From assembly GCA_050736455.1 (NCBI GenBank), contig JBOHWF010000007.1, positions 1 through 36,081 of the forward strand: a stretch of 36,081 nt of DNA, written 5' to 3'. The notes under the pieces were generated by a model. It was not told the origin of the DNA. It saw only the letters and a program-made list of their open reading frames with translations, and ran no database searches. How positions within the stretch are numbered: position 1 is the first letter of the stretch; every line of letters starts with the position of its first letter. The translations under genes and the position numbers were made by a program. This stretch comes from Candidatus Binataceae bacterium (lineage in GTDB: Bacteria > Desulfobacterota > Binatia > Binatales > Binataceae). This document shows, in pieces, positions 34,768 to 36,081 of this stretch.

Positions 34768-35934
34768 ATGGCTGATGGACCGCTCGCAGGGTTTCGCATT
34801 CTTGACCTGACGCAGGTGGTCTCCGGCCCGTTCGCCACCCAGACGCTCGGCGACCTCGGCGCTGACGTCATCAAGGTCGAGCCGCCCGCCGGCGATCTCA
34901 CGCGCAGCATCGGCGTCCCGCGCAAAAACGGCGTCGCTGCGGGCTTCCTGGTTTTCAACCGCAACAAGCGCAGCATCGTCATCGATCTCAAGCAGAGCCG
35001 CGGCGTTGATCTGGTGAAGATGCTCGCCGCGAAGTGCGACGCGATTATCGAGAACAACCGCCCCGGCGTCGCCGACCGTCTGGGCGTCGGCTATGCCGAC
35101 ATCCGCAAGGTCACCCCGAAGATCGTTTATTGCGCGATTCACGGCTTTGGCGCGAAAGGTCCGCGCGCCGACGCGCCCGCCTTCGATCCGGTGATTCAGG
35201 GTCACAGCGGGATGGCCGCGGTGCAGGGCGTCGGCGGCAAGCCGGTCGCCGTGCGGATGGCGCTGGCGGACAAGATCAGCGGGATGACCGCGGCGCTGAG
35301 CATCGTGGCCGCCCTGCACGCCGCGCGCAGCCGCGGCGTCGGCCAGTTCATTCGCATACCGATGCTCGACGCGATGATGGCGTTTGCCGCTAACGACACG
35401 ATGATCGGCTACGCCTTCGTTCCCGAAGACGAATTCAAACACCAGGTCCCGAGCAGCCTGAGCCTTGAGCCGTTTCGCACGCGCGACGGCTACGTCGCGA
35501 TTTCACCTTTCACCGACGCGCAATGGGATCGCCTGACGGCCGGCGTCGGCCATCCCGAGTGGTGGCAGATTCCTGACCGCCGCGAGCGCGTGCGCGCCTG
35601 CCTCAAGGGCTTCGCGGAACTCTTTCCGCAACACGACACCGCGCACTGGCTCAAGATCCTCAAGGATTCCGATTGTCCCGGCGGCCCGGTCCACTCCTAC
35701 GAAACGCTCTTCAGCGATCCCGAGATCGAGGCCAACGAAAGCTTCACGACTTACGAGCATCCGGAGGCCGGTCCGGTGCGGACGCCGCGCCCCGGATGGC
35801 GTTTCAGCGAGACCCCGGCGCGGCTCACGCGACGGCCGCCGCTGCTCGGCGAGCACACCGAGGAGATCCTGCGCGAGACCGGCATCGCGCGCGAAGCGAT
35901 CGAAGAATTACGCGCCGACAAGGTGATCAACTAG
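34768..35934 (+). CDS. Family III CoA-transferase (CaiB/BaiF/Frc family)
   Basis: It carries MADGPLAGFRILDLTQVVSGPFATQTLGDLGADVIKVEPP and the conserved Asp region LADKISG. It is 388 aa long. Confidence 0.9.
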   Translation: MADGPLAGFRILDLTQVVSGPFATQTLGDLGADVIKVEPPAGDLTRSIGVPRKNGVAAGFLVFNRNKRSIVIDLKQSRGVDLVKMLAAKCDAIIENNRPGVADRLGVGYADIRKVTPKIVYCAIHGFGAKGPRADAPAFDPVIQGHSGMAAVQGVGGKPVAVRMALADKISGMTAALSIVAALHAARSRGVGQFIRIPMLDAMMAFAANDTMIGYAFVPEDEFKHQVPSSLSLEPFRTRDGYVAISPFTDAQWDRLTAGVGHPEWWQIPDRRERVRACLKGFAELFPQHDTAHWLKILKDSDCPGGPVHSYETLFSDPEIEANESFTTYEHPEAGPVRTPRPGWRFSETPARLTRRPPLLGEHTEEILRETGIAREAIEELRADKVIN

Positions 35935-35993
35935 CCCGGCGGCAAACAAACACGCCAGGACCTTCCGCCAGGAGATTCAAGAGGACACGCAAG

Positions 35994-36081
35994 ATGGCCG
36001 ACGGACCGCTCGCTGGATTTCGCATCCTGGATCTCACCCAGGCGGTCTCCGGACCATTCTGCACGATGCTGCTCGGCGACC
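35994..36081 (+). CDS. Family III CoA-transferase, tandem paralogue (first 29 codons only; runs off the right edge)
   Basis: ATG 35994 opens MADGPLAGFRILDLTQAVSGPFCTMLLGD. It is absent from the ORF track because it is open to the window end. Confidence 0.8.
   Translation, partial: MADGPLAGFRILDLTQAVSGPFCTMLLGD

Noticed and set aside
1-36081. A window-wide search for CRISPR repeats, IS/transposase or integrase genes, tRNA or rRNA genes, in-frame-TGA selenoprotein candidates, and classical defence or toxin-antitoxin gene pairs.
   Set aside because: I found none by eye. Intergenic space is very limited and every gap over 100 nt was read on both strands. All family-recognisable genes are full length without internal stops. 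The GNAT gene has no small upstream antitoxin-like ORF. A computational scan is still needed to be definitive.

Overview
This is a high-G+C bacterial chromosomal segment; hand counts of individual 60-nt lines mostly give about 60-70% G+C. It is densely coding on both strands. I support 31 protein-coding genes (two cut by the window edges), two copies of a ~100-nt intergenic repeat, and two weak promoter candidates. I see no rRNA, tRNA, CRISPR array, transposase, integrase or phage gene, and no recognisable defence island or toxin-antitoxin pair.

Gene content, left to right:
- selB, at the left edge.
- A minus-strand operon-like block: a fused double NitT/TauT-type ABC permease, its ATPase, a free-standing AAA-associated-domain protein and a SnoaL/limonene-epoxide-hydrolase-like protein.
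- Three family III (CaiB/BaiF) CoA-transferases: one at 5.2 kb and a tandem pair at the right edge.
- A compositionally deviant TonB-dependent receptor, which implies a diderm host, followed by an alpha/beta hydrolase.
- A long MEMO1/AmmeMemoRadiSam-B family protein divergent from a small Rieske protein.
- A small cytoplasmic ORF followed by a secreted Pro/Cys-containing protein.
- An RlmD/RumA-type RNA methyltransferase and a 1576-aa NAD-glutamate dehydrogenase.
- A polytopic membrane protein.
- nagA and anmK, separated by a double-hotdog MaoC dehydratase and a binding protein with no signal peptide.
- An ArnT/PMT-like membrane glycosyltransferase, a DUF255 thioredoxin-domain protein, an EEP enzyme and a GNAT enzyme.
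- hrcA, a ViaA-like VWA protein, tadA, a rhodanese and a nitrilase-superfamily hydrolase.

My assessment is that this looks like ordinary core/metabolic chromosome rather than an accessory island, and I cannot point to a clearly novel multi-gene system. The leads most worth a second look are:
1. The MEMO-family protein, which has an N-terminal extension that reads like a PqqD/RRE peptide-binding domain, is paired with a Rieske protein and lacks the canonical AmmeMemoRadiSam partners.
2. The structured ~100-nt intergenic element present twice, 21.5 kb apart, with both helices preserved despite sequence change.
3. The ABC system with no binding protein and a split-off AAA-associated domain.
4. 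The secreted protein whose signal peptide has no canonical start codon.

All family assignments come from motif recognition by eye and need profile searches to confirm.
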